Assembly (NCBI GenBank): GCA_964016885.1
Contig: CAXHJY010001303.1
Span: 1-64,000 of the forward strand
Source of the DNA: Eledone cirrhosa
Lineage: Eukaryota
DNA: 64,000 nucleotides
Direction of reading: 5' to 3'
Positions 50,601-64,000 of this stretch are shown one piece after another (position 1 is the stretch's first letter; every line of letters starts with the position of its first letter). Under the pieces are notes generated by a model. That model did no database searches and had not been told where the DNA came from. It worked only from the letters and a program-made list of their open reading frames with translations. Both the position numbers and the translations under genes were made by a program.

Positions 50601-52740
50601 ATATATACATGGTCTGTAACGTATATATACATGGTCTGTAACGTATATATATATACATGGTCTGTAACGTATATATATATACATGGTCTGTAACGTATAT
50701 ATATATATACATGGTCTGTAACGTATATATATACATGGTCTGTAACGTATATATACATGGTCTGTAACGTATATATATACATGGTCTGTAACGTATATAT
50801 ACATGGTTTGTAACGTATATATATATACATGGTCTGTAACGTATATATACATGGTCTGTAACGTATATATATATACATGGTCTGTAACGTATATATATAT
50901 ATACATGGTCTGTAACATATATATATATACATGATTTGTAACATATATATACATATACATGGTCTGCAACGTATATATATATACATGGTCTGTACCGTAT
51001 ATATATATACATGGTCTGTAACGTATATATATATATACATGGTCTGTAACGTATATATATATATACATGGTTTGTAACGTATATATACATGGTTTGTAAC
51101 GTATATATATATACATGGTCTGTAACGTATATATATATACATGGTTTGTAACGTATATATACATCGTTTGTAACGTATATATATATACATGGTTTGTAAC
51201 GTATATATATATATATACATGGTCTGTAACGTATATATATATACATGGTCTGTAACGTATATATATACATGGTCTGTAACGTATATATATATACATGGTC
51301 TGTAACGTATATATATATACATGGTTTGTAACGTATATATACATGGTCTGTAACGTATATATATATACATGGTTTGTAACATATATATACATGGTCTGTA
51401 ACGTATATATATACATGGTCTGTAACGTATATATATATGCATGGTCTGTAACGTATATATATATACATGGTCTGTAACGTATATATACATGGTCTGTAAC
51501 GTATATATATATACATGGTCTGTAACATATATATATATACATGGTCTGTAACGTATATATATATACATGGGTTGTAACATATATATATATATATATACAT
51601 GGTTTGTAACGTATATATACATGGTTTGTAACGTATATATATATATACATGGTCTGTAACGTATATATACATGGTCTGTAACGTATATATATATACATGG
51701 TCTGTAACGTATATATATACATGGTCTGTAACGTATATATACATAGTTTGTAACGTATATATATATATATGGTCTGTAACGTATATATACATGGTTTGTA
51801 ACGTATATATATATACATGGTCTGTAACGTATATATATACATGGTCTGTAACGTATATATATATACATGGTTTGTAACATATATATATATATACATGGTC
51901 TGTAACGTATATATATATACATGGTCTGTAACGTATATATATATATACATGGTCTGTAACGTATATATATATACATGGTCTGTAACGTATATATATATAC
52001 ATGGTTTGTAACGTATATATACATGGTTTTTAACGTATATATATATACATGGTCTGTAACGTATATATATATACATGGTTTGTAACGTATATATATATAT
52101 ACATGGTTTGTAACATATATATATATACATGGTCTGTAACGTATATATATATACATGGTCTGTAACGTATATATACATGGTCTGTAACGTATATATATAT
52201 ACATGGTCTGTAACGTATATATATATACATGGTCTGTAACGTATATATATATACATGGTCTGTAACGTATATATATATACATGGTTTGTAACATATATAT
52301 ATATACATGGTCTGTAACGTATATATACATGGTCTGTAACGTATATATATATACATGGTTTGTAACGTATATATGTATACATCGTCTGTAACGTATATAT
52401 ATACATGGTCTGTAACGTATATATACATGGTCTGTAACGTATATATATATGCATGGTTTGTAACGTATATATATATACATGGTCTGTAACGTATATATAT
52501 ATACATGGTCTGTAACGTATATATATATACATGGTCTGTAACGTATATATATATACATGGTTTGTAACGTATATATATATACATCGTCTGTAACGTATAT
52601 ATACATAAATGGTCTGTAACGTATATATATATACATGGTCTGTAACGTATATATATATACATGGTCTGTAACGTATATATATATACATGGTCTGTAACGT
52701 ATATATATACATCGTCTGTAACGTATATATACATACATGG
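47350..52740. repeat. Tandem block duplication E (period about 2.7-2.8 kb), overlapping the end of D
   Basis: CATGATTT-CTGCAAC-CTGTACCG cluster 48102/50930, CATGGGTTG 48822/51566, ATGTATACATCG 49664/52380, GCATGGTTT 49735/52451, and ORF pair 47659/50487. Confidence 0.88.
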
Positions 52741-55700
52741 TCTGTAACGTATATATATATACATGGTCTGAAACGTATATATATATACATGGTCTGTAAC
52801 GTATATATATATACATGGTTTGTAACGTATATATATATACATGGTCTGTAACATATATATATATATACATGGTCTGTAACGTATATATATATATACATGG
52901 TCTGTAACGTATATATACATGGTCTGTAACGTATATATATATACATTGTCTGTAACGTATATATACATGGTCTGTAACGTATATATATATACATGGTCTG
53001 TAACGTATATATACATGGTCTGTAACGTATATATATATACATGGTTTGTAATGTATATATATATATACATGGTCTGTAACGTATATATATATACATGGTT
53101 TGTAACGTATATATATATACAGGGTCTGTAACGTATATATATACATGGTTTGTAACGTATATATATACATGGTTTGTAACGTATATATACATGGTCTGTA
53201 ACGTATATATATACATGGTTTGTAACGTATATATATATACATAGTTTGTAACGTATATATATATACTTGGTCTGTAACGTATATATATATATATATACAT
53301 GGTTTGTAACGTATATATACATGGTTTGTAACGTATATATATATACATGGTCTGTAACGTATATATATATACATGGTCTGTAACATATATATATATATAC
53401 ATGGTCTGTAACGTATATATATATACATTGTCTGTAACGTATATATACATGGTCTGTAACGTATATATATATACATGGTCTGTAACGTATATATACATAC
53501 ATGGTCTGTAACGTATATATATATACATGGTCTGTAACGTGTATATATATACATGGTCTGTAACGTATATATATATACATGGTCTGTAACGTATATATAT
53601 ACATGGTTTGTAACGTATATATATATACATGGTCTGTAACGTATATATATATACATGGTCTGTAACGTATATATATACATGGTTTGTAACGTATATATAT
53701 ATACATGGTCTGTAACGTATATATATATACATGGTCTGTAACGTATATATATACATGGTCTGTAACGTATATATATAAACATGGTCTGTAACGTATATAT
53801 ATATACATGGTCTGTAACAGATATATATACATGGTTTGTAACGTATATATATATACATGGTCTGTAACGTATATATATATACATGGGCTGTAACGTATAT
53901 ATATATACATGGTTTGTAACGTATATATATATACACTGTCTGTAACGTATATATATACATGGTCTGTAACGTATATATATATACATGGTCTGTAACATAT
54001 ATATATATACATGGTTTGTAACGTATATATATACATGGTCTGTAACGTATATATATATACATGGTTTGTAACGTATATATATATACATGGTCTGTAACGT
54101 ATATATATATACATGGTCTGTAACGTATATATATACATGGTTTGTAACGTATATATATATACATGGTCTGTAATGTATATATATATACATGGTCTGTAAC
54201 GTATATATACATACATGGTCTGTAACGTATATATGTATACATGGTCTGTAACGTATATATACATGGTCTGTAACGTATATATATATACATGGTCTGTAAC
54301 GTATATATATATATATACATGGTCTGTAACGTATATATATATACATGGTCTGTAACGTATATATATACATGGTCTGTAACGTATATATATATACATCGTC
54401 TGTAACGTATATATATATACATGGTCTGTAACGTATATATATACATGGTCTGTAACGTATATATATATGCATGGTCTGTAACGTATATATACATACATGG
54501 TCTGTAACGTATATATATATACATGGTCTGTAACGTATATATATATACATAGTTGGTAACGTATATATACAAGGTCTGTAACGTATATATATATACATGG
54601 TTTGTAATGTATATATATATATACATTGTTTGTAACGTATATATATATACAGGGTCTGTAACGTATATATATACATGGTTTGTAACGTATATATATACAT
54701 GGTTTGTAACGTATATATACATGGTATGTAACGTATATATATACATGGTTTGTAACGTATATATATATATACATAGTTTGTAACGTATATATATATACTT
54801 GGTCTGTAACGTTTATATATATACATGGTCTGTAACGTATATATATATATATATATACATGGTTTGTAACGTATATATACATGGTTTGTAACGTATATAT
54901 ATATACATGGTCTGTAACGTATATATATATACATGGTCTATAACGTATATATATATACATGGTCTGTAACGTATATATTTACATGGTTTGTAACGTATAT
55001 ATATATACATGGTCTGTAACGTATATATATATACATGGTCTGTAACGTATATATATACATTGTTTGTAACGTATATATATATACATCGTCTGTAACGTAT
55101 ATATATATACATGGTCTGTAACGTATATATATATACATGGTCTGTAACGTATATATATATACATGGTTTGTAACGTATATATATAAACATGGTCTGTAAC
55201 GTATATATATATACATGGTCTGTAACAGATATATATACATAGTTTGTAACGTATATATATATACATGGTCTGTAACGTATATATATATACATGGTCTGTA
55301 ACGTATATATATATACACTGTCTGTAACGTATATATATACATGGTCTGTAACGTATATATATATACATGGTTTGTAACGTATATATATATACATGGTTTG
55401 TAACGTATATATATATACATGGTTTGTAACGTATATATATACATGGTCTGTAACGTATATATATATACATGGTCTGTAACGTATATATATATACATGGTT
55501 TGTAACGTATATATATATACATGGTCTGTAACGTATATATATATACATGGTCTGTAACGTGTATATATATACATGGTCTGTAACGTATATATATATACAT
55601 GGTCTGTAACGTATATATATACATGGTCTGTAACGTATATATATATACATGGTCTGTAACGTATATATTTATACATGGTTTGTAACGTATATATACATGG

Positions 55701-58700
55701 TCTGTAACGTATATATATATACATGGTTTGTAATGTATATATATATATATACATGGTCTGTAACGTATATATATATACATGGTTTGTAACGTATATATAT
55801 ATACAGGGTCTGTAACGTATATATATACATGGTTTGTAACGTATATATATACATGGTTTGTAACGTATATATACATGGTCTGTAACGTATATATATACAT
55901 GGTTTGTAACGTATATATATATACATAGTTTGTAACGTATATATATATACTTGGTCTGTAACGTATATATATATACATGGTCTGTAACGTATATATATAT
56001 ATATACATGGTTTGTAACGTATATATACATGGTTTGTAACGTATATATATATACATGGTCTGTAACGTATATATATATACATGGTCTGTAACATATATAT
56101 ATACATGGTCTGTAACGTATATATATATACATGGTCTGTAACGTATATATATACATGGTTTGTAACGTATATATATATATACATGGTCTTTAACGTATAT
56201 ATATATACATGGTCTGTAACGTATATATATATACATGGTTTGTAACGTATATATATAAACATGGTCTGTAACGTATATATATATACATGGTCTGTAACAG
56301 ATATATATACATGGTTTGTAACGTATATATATATACATGGTCTGTAACGTATATATATATACATGGTCTGTAACGTATATATATATACATGGTTTGTAAC
56401 GTATATATATACATCGTCTGTAACGTATATATATATACATGGTCTGTAACGTATATATATATACATGGTCTGTAACGTATATATATACATGGTTTGTAAC
56501 GTATATATATATACATGGTCTGTAACGTATATATATATACATGGTCTGTAACGTATATATACATGGTCTGTAACGTATATATATATATACATGGTCTGTA
56601 ACGTATATATATATATGCATGGTCTGTAACGTATATATGTATACATGGTCTGTAACGTATATATATATACATGGTCTGTAACGTATATATACATGGTCTG
56701 TAACGTATATATATATACATGGTCTGTAACGTATATATATATACATGGTCTGTAACGTATATATATATACATGGTCTGTAACGTATATATATATACATCG
56801 TCTGTAACGTATATATATATACATGGTCTGTAACGTATATATATACATGGTCTGTAACGTATATATATATGCATGGTCTGTAACGTATATATACATACAT
56901 GGTCAGTAACGTATATATATATACATAGTTGGTAACGTATATATACATGGTCTGTAACGTATATATATATGTACATTGTTTGTAACGTATATATATATAC
57001 AGGGTCTGTAACGTATATATATACATGGTTTGTAACGTATATATATACATGGTTTGTAACGTATATATACATGGTATGTAACGTATATATATACATGGTT
57101 TGTAACGTATATATATATACATAGTTTGTAACGTATATATATATACTTGGTCTGTAACGTTTATATATATACATGGTCTGTAACGTATATATATATATAT
57201 ATATATACATGGTTTGTAACGTATATATACATGGTTTGTAACGTATATATATATACATCGTCTGTAACGTATATATATATACATGGTCTGTAACGTATAT
57301 ATATATACATGGTCTGTAACGTATATATATATACATGGTTTGTAACGTATATATATAAACATGTTCTGTAACGTATATATATACATGGTCTGTAACGTAT
57401 ATATATACATGGTCTGTAACGTATATATATATACATGGTCTGTAACGTATATATACATGGTCTGTAACGTATATATATATACATGGTCTGTAACGTATAT
57501 ATATATACATGTTCTGTAACGTATATATATATACATGGTCTGTAACGTATATATATACATGGTCTGTAACGTATATATATATACATGGTCTGTAACGTAT
57601 ATATATATACATGGTCTGTAACGTATATATATACATGGTCTGTAACGTATATATACATACATGGTCTGTAACGTATATATACATGGTCTGTAACGTATAT
57701 ATATATACATGGTCTGTAACGTATATATATATACTTGGTCTGTAACGTATATATATACATGGTCTGTAACGTATATATATATACATGGTTTGTAACGTAT
57801 ATATATATACAGGGTCTGTAACGTATATATATACATGGTTTGTAACGTATATATATACATGGTTTGTAACGTATATATACATGGTCTGTAATGTATATAT
57901 ATACATGGTTTGTAACGTATATATATATACTTGGTCTGTAACGTATATATATATAAATGGTCTGTAACGTATATATATATACATCGTTTGTAACGTATAT
58001 ATACATGGTTTGTAACGTATATATATATACATGGTCTGTAACGTATATATATATACATGGTCCGTAACGTATATATATACATGGTTTGTAACGTATATAT
58101 ATATATACATCGTCTGTAACGTATATATATACATGGTTTGTAACGTATATATATATACATGGTCTGTAACATATATATACATGGTCTGTAACGTATATAT
58201 ATATATATATATACATGGTTTGTAACGTATATATACATGGTTTGTAACGTATATATATATACATGGTTTGTAACGTATATATATATACATGGTCTGTAAC
58301 GTATATATATATATACATGGTCTGTAACGTATATATATACATGGTCTGTAACGTATATATATATACATGGTCTGTAACGTATATATATACATGGTTTGTA
58401 ACGTATATATATATACATGGTCTGTAACGTATATATATACATCGTTTGTAACGTATATATATATACATGGTCTGTAACGTATATATATACATGGTCTGTA
58501 ACGTATATATATATATATATACATGGTTTGTAACGTATATATACATGGTTTGTAACGTATATATATATACATGGTCTGTAACGTATATACATATACATGG
58601 TCTGTAACGTATATATATACATGGTTTGTAACGTATATATATATACATGGTCTGTAACGTATATATATATACATGTTCTGTAACGTATATATATATATAT

Positions 58701-60399
58701 ATACATGGTTTGTAACGTATATATACATGGTTTGTAACGTACATATATATACATGGTCTGTAACTTATATATATATATACATGGACTGTAACGTATATAT
58801 ATACATGGTCTGTAACGTGTATATATATATACATAGTTTGTAACGTATATATATAAACATGGTCTGTAACGTATATATATATACATGGTCTGTAACAGAT
58901 ATATATACATGGTTTGTAACGTATATATATATACATGGTCTGTAACGTATATATATATACATGGTCTGTAACGTATATATATATACATGGTCTGTAACGT
59001 AAATATATATACATGGTCTGTAACGTATATATATACATGGTCTGTAACGTATATATATATACATCGTCTGTAACGTATATATATATACATGGTCTGTAAC
59101 GTATATATATACATGGTCTGTAACGTATATATATATGCATGGTCTGTAACGTATATATACATACATGGTCTGTAACGTATATATATATACATGGTCTGTA
59201 ACGTATATATATATACATAGTTTGTAACGTATATATACATGGTCTGTAACGTATATATATATACATGGTTTGTAATGTATATATATATATACATGGTCTG
59301 TAACGTATATATATATATACATTGTTTGTAACGTATATATATATACATGGTCTGTAACGTATATATATATACATGGTCTGTAACGTATATATATATACAT
59401 GGTCTGTAACGTATATATATATACATGGTCTGTAACGTATATATATACATGGTCTGTAACGTATATATATATGCATGGTCTGTAACGTATATATACATAC
59501 ATGGTCTGTAACGTATATATATATACATAGTTTGTAACGTATATATACATGGTCTGTAACGTATATATATATACATGGTTTGTAATGTATATATATATAT
59601 ATGGTCTGTAACGTATATATATATATACATTGTTTGTAACGTATATATATATACAGGGTCTGTAACGTATATATATACATGGTTTGTAACGTATCTATAT
59701 ACATGGTTTGTAACGTATATATACATGGTATGTAACGTATATATATATACATGGTTTGTAACGTGTATATATATACATAGTTTGTAACGTATATATATAT
59801 ACTTGATCTGTAACGTTTATATATATACATGGTCTGTAACGTATATATATATATATATATATATACATGGTTTGTAACGTATATATACATGGTTTGTAAC
59901 GTATATATACATGGTCTGTAACGTATATATATACATGGTTTGTAACGTATATATATATTCATGGTCTGTAACGTATATATATACATTGTTTGTAACGTAT
60001 ATATATATATACATCGTCTGTAACGTATATATATATACATGGTCTGTAACGTATATATATATACATGGTCTGTAACGTATATATATAAACATGGTCTGTA
60101 ACGTATATATATATACATGGTCTGTAACGTATATATATATACATGGTTTGTAACGTATATATATATACACTGTCTGTAACGTATATATATACATGGTCTG
60201 TAACGTATATATATATACATGGTCTGTAACGTATATATATATACATGGTCTGTAACGTATATATATATATACATGGTTTGTAACGTATATATATATACAT
60301 GGTCTGTAACGTATATATATATATATCGTCTGTAACGTATATATATATATATCGTCTGTAACGTATATAAATATACATGGTCTGTAACGTATATATATA

Positions 60400-62515
60400 T
60401 ACATGGTCTGTAACGTATATATATACATGGTTTGTAACGTATATATATATACATGGTCTGTAACGTATATATATATACATGGTCTGTAACGTATATATAC
60501 GTTGTCTGTAACGTATATATATATACATAGTCTCTAACGTATATATATATACATGGTCTGTAACGTATATATATATACATGGTCTGTAACGTATATATAT
60601 ACATGGTCTGTAAAAGATATATATACATGGTTTGTAACGTATATATATACATGGTCTGTAACAGATATATATACATGGTCTGTAACGTATATATATACAT
60701 GGTTTGTAACGTATATATATACATGGTCTGTAAAGTATATATACATGGTCTGTAACGTATATATATATATACATGGTCTGTAACGTATATATACATACAT
60801 GGTCTGTAACGTATATATATATACATAGTCTGTAACGTATATATATATACATGGTCTGTAACGTATATATATATACATGGTCTGTAACGTATATATATAT
60901 ACATGGTCTGTAACGTATATATATATACATGGTCTGTAACGTATATATATATACATGGTCTGTAACGTATATATATATACATGGTCTGTAACGTATATAT
61001 ACATACATGGTCTGTAACGTATATATATATACATATTGTGTAACGTATATATATATACATGGTCTGTAACGTATATATACATGGTCTGTAACGTATATAT
61101 ACATACATGTTCTGTAACGTATATATATATACATGGTCTGTAACGTATATATATATACATAGTTTGTAACGTATATATATATACATAGTTTGTAACGTAT
61201 ATATATATACTTGGTCTGTAACGTTTATATATATACATGGTCTGTAACGTATATATATATATATATATACATGGTTTGTAACGTATATATACATGGTTTG
61301 TAACGTATATATATATACATGGTCTGTAACGTATATATATATACATGGTCTATAACGTATATATATATACATGGTCTGTAAGGTATATATATACATGGTT
61401 TGTAACGTATATATATATACATGGTCTGTAACGTATATATATATACATGGTCTGTAACGTATATATATACATTGTTTGTAACGTATATATATATACATCG
61501 TCTGTAACGTATATATATATATATACATGGTCTGTAACGTATATATATATACATGGTTTGTAACGTATATATATATACACTGTCTGTAACGTATATATAT
61601 ACATGGTCTGTAACGTATATATATATACATGGTCTGTAACGTATATATATATACATGGTTTGTAACGTATATATATATACATGGTTTGTAACGTATATAT
61701 ATACATGGTCTGTAACGTATATATATATACATGGTCTGTAACGTATATATATATACATGGTTTGTACCCTATATATATATACATGGTCTGTAACGTATAT
61801 ATATATACATCGTCTGTAACGTATATATATATACATGGTCTGTAACGTATATATATATACATGGTCTGTAACGTATATATATACATGGTTTGTAACGTAT
61901 ATATATATACATGGTCTGTAACGTATATATACATTGTCTGTAACGTATATATATATACATGGTCTGTAACGTATATATATATACATGGTCTGTAACGTAT
62001 ATATATATACACTGTCTGTAACGTATATATATACATGGTCTGTAAAGTATATATATATACATGGTCTGTAACGTATATATACATGGTCTGTAACGTATAT
62101 ATATATACATGGTCTGTAACGTATATATATATACATGGTTTGTAACGTATATATATATACACTGTCTGTAACGTATATATATATACATGGTCTGTAACGT
62201 ATATATATACATGGTTTGTAACGTATATATATATACATGGTCTGTAACGTATATATATATACATGGTCTGTAACGTATATATACGTTGTCTGTAACGTAT
62301 ATATATATACATAGTCTCTAACGTATATATATATACATGGTCTGTAACGTATATATATATACATGGTCTGTAACGTATATATATACATGGTCTGTAAAAG
62401 ATATATATACATGGTTTGTAACGTATATATATACATGGTCTGTAACAGATATATATACATGGTCTGTAACGTATATATATACATGGTTTGTAACGTATAT
62501 ATATACATGGTCTGT
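60400..62515. repeat. Short duplicated cassette F (about 60400-60730 and about 62186-62515, offset 1784 bp)
   Basis: CGTTG 60500/62284, CATAGTCTCTA 60526/62310, TAAAAGA 60602/62386, AACAGA 60650/62434. Confidence 0.85.
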
Positions 62516-64000
62516 AACGTATATATATATACATGGTCTGTAACGTATATATACATGGTCTGTAACGTATATATATATACATGGTCTGTAACGTATATAT
62601 ACATACATGGTCTGTAACGTATATATATATACATGGTCTGTAACGTATATATATATACATGGTCTGTAACGTATATATATATACATGGTCTGTAACGTAT
62701 ATATATATACATGGTCTGTAACGTATATATACATACATGGTCTGTAACGTATATATATATACATAGTCTGTAACGTATATATATATACATGGTCTGTAAC
62801 GTATATATATATACATGGTCTGTAACGTATATATACATGGTCTGTAACGTATATATATATACATGGTCTGTAACGTATATATATATACATGGTCTGTAAC
62901 GTATATATATATACATGGTCTGTAACGTATATATACATGGTCTGTAACGTATATATATATACATGGTCTGTAACGTATATATATATACATGGTCTGTAAC
63001 GTATATATATATACATGGTCTGTAACGTATATATATATACATCGTCTGTAACGTATATATATATACATGGTCTGTAACGTATATATATACATGGTCTGTA
63101 ACGTATATATATATGCATGGTCTGTAACGTATATATACATACATGGTCTGTAACGTATATATATATACATGGTCTGTAACGTATATATATATACATAGTT
63201 TGTAACGTATATATACATGGTCTGTAACGTATATATATATACATGGTTTGTAATGTATATATATATATACATGGTCTGTAACGTATATATATATATACAT
63301 TGTTTGTAACGTATATATATATACATGGTCTGTAACGTATATATACATGGTCTGTAACGTATATATATATACATGGTCTGTAACGTATATATATATACAT
63401 GGTATGTAACGTATATATATATACATGGTCTGTAACGTATATATATACATGGTCTGTAACGTATATATATATATACATCGTCTGTAACGTATATATATAT
63501 ACATGGTCTGTAACGTATATATATACATGGTCTGTAACGTATATATACATACATCGTCTGTAACGTATATATATATACATGGTCTGTAACGTATATATAT
63601 ATACATTTTCTGTAACGTATATATACATGGTCTGTAACGTATATATATATACATGGTCTGTAACGTATATATATATACATGTTCTGTAACGTATATATAT
63701 ATACATGGTCTGTAACGTATATATATACATGGTCTGTAACGTATATATATATACATGGTCTGTAACCTATATATATACATGGTCTGTAACGTATATATAT
63801 ATACATGGTCTGTAACGTATATATACATACATGGTCTGTAACGTATATATACATGGTCTGTAACGTATATATATATACATGGTCTGTAACGTATATATAT
63901 ATACTTGGTCTGTAACGTATATATATATACATGGTCTGTAACGTATATATATACATGGTCTGTAATGTATATATATACATGGTCTGTAACGTATATATAT

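Larger units (their letters stand above)
1..64000. repeat. Tandem satellite/minisatellite array, monomer CATGGTYTGTAACR(TA)n, modal 26 bp, about 2,500 copies, single orientation, extends beyond both window edges
   Basis: Every part of the window parses into this unit, e.g. 41-66 CATGGTCTGTAACG(TA)6, 67-88 (TA)4, 263-292 CATGGTTTGTAACG(TA)8. At 15-1004 the lengths are 23x26, 8x22, 3x24, 3x28 and 2x30 bp. Confidence 0.99.

Noticed and set aside
544-62617. Short plus-strand ORFs (MVCNVYIYTWSVT...)
   Set aside because: They are chance runs of monomer lengths that skip the in-frame TAA. They are useful only as duplication markers.
1919-63980. Very long minus-strand ORFs (up to 4718 aa) as real CDSs
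   Set aside because: All three frames are open at once and encode the same permuted low-complexity peptides. Monomer lengths are mostly not multiples of 3, and there are no unique domains or termini. They are an artefact of a stop-free repeat.
1-64000. CRISPR-like repeat-spacer array
   Set aside because: The core is only 14 bp, the spacers are just (TA)n rather than unique sequence, and there is no leader or cas gene.
1-64000. Telomerase-made telomeric tract (like the long 23-26 bp yeast repeats)
   Set aside because: There is little G/C strand bias (core has 4 G and 3 C), and variants are inherited in multi-kb duplicated blocks, which points to recombination rather than templated addition. 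A subtelomeric location cannot be excluded.
1-64000. Deliberate or functional digital code in the C/T, G/A and n states
   Set aside because: The pattern is explained by ordinary minisatellite variant repeats spread by duplication. Nothing in the sequence indicates a read-out mechanism or synthetic design.
1-64000. Transposon or MITE insertions at TA sites, tRNA or rRNA genes
   Set aside because: No non-repeat sequence, terminal inverted repeats or RNA gene motifs were seen anywhere in the window.

Overview
The whole 64 kb window is one uninterrupted head-to-tail tandem array (satellite/minisatellite DNA, most likely eukaryotic). I saw no unique sequence, inversion or inserted element, and both array ends lie outside the window. 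The monomer is a 14-bp core CATGGT(C/T)TGTAAC(G/A) followed by a (TA)n spacer, n=4-12 with mode 6, giving 22-38 bp units and a modal length of 26 bp. A hand count of 39 monomers at 15-1004 gives a mean of 25.4 bp, so roughly 2,500 monomers in the window. No gene, RNA gene, CRISPR array or mobile element is supported. The giant minus-strand ORFs arise because the reverse-complement monomer has no stop codon in any frame. The informative structure is in the rare variant monomers, which reveal (i) nested multi-kb block duplications (about 5.0, 6.0, 3.2-3.7, 1.4, 2.8 and 1.8 kb), (ii) mosaic reuse of marker cassettes, (iii) a 5'-to-3' gradient in variant composition and divergence, and (iv) a bimodal spacer length with a hard floor at (TA)4. 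I do not recognise the repeat family or host and cannot claim a new biological system. The best candidate for novelty is the satellite itself and its readable expansion history. All counts and coordinates were read by eye, and block boundaries are approximate.
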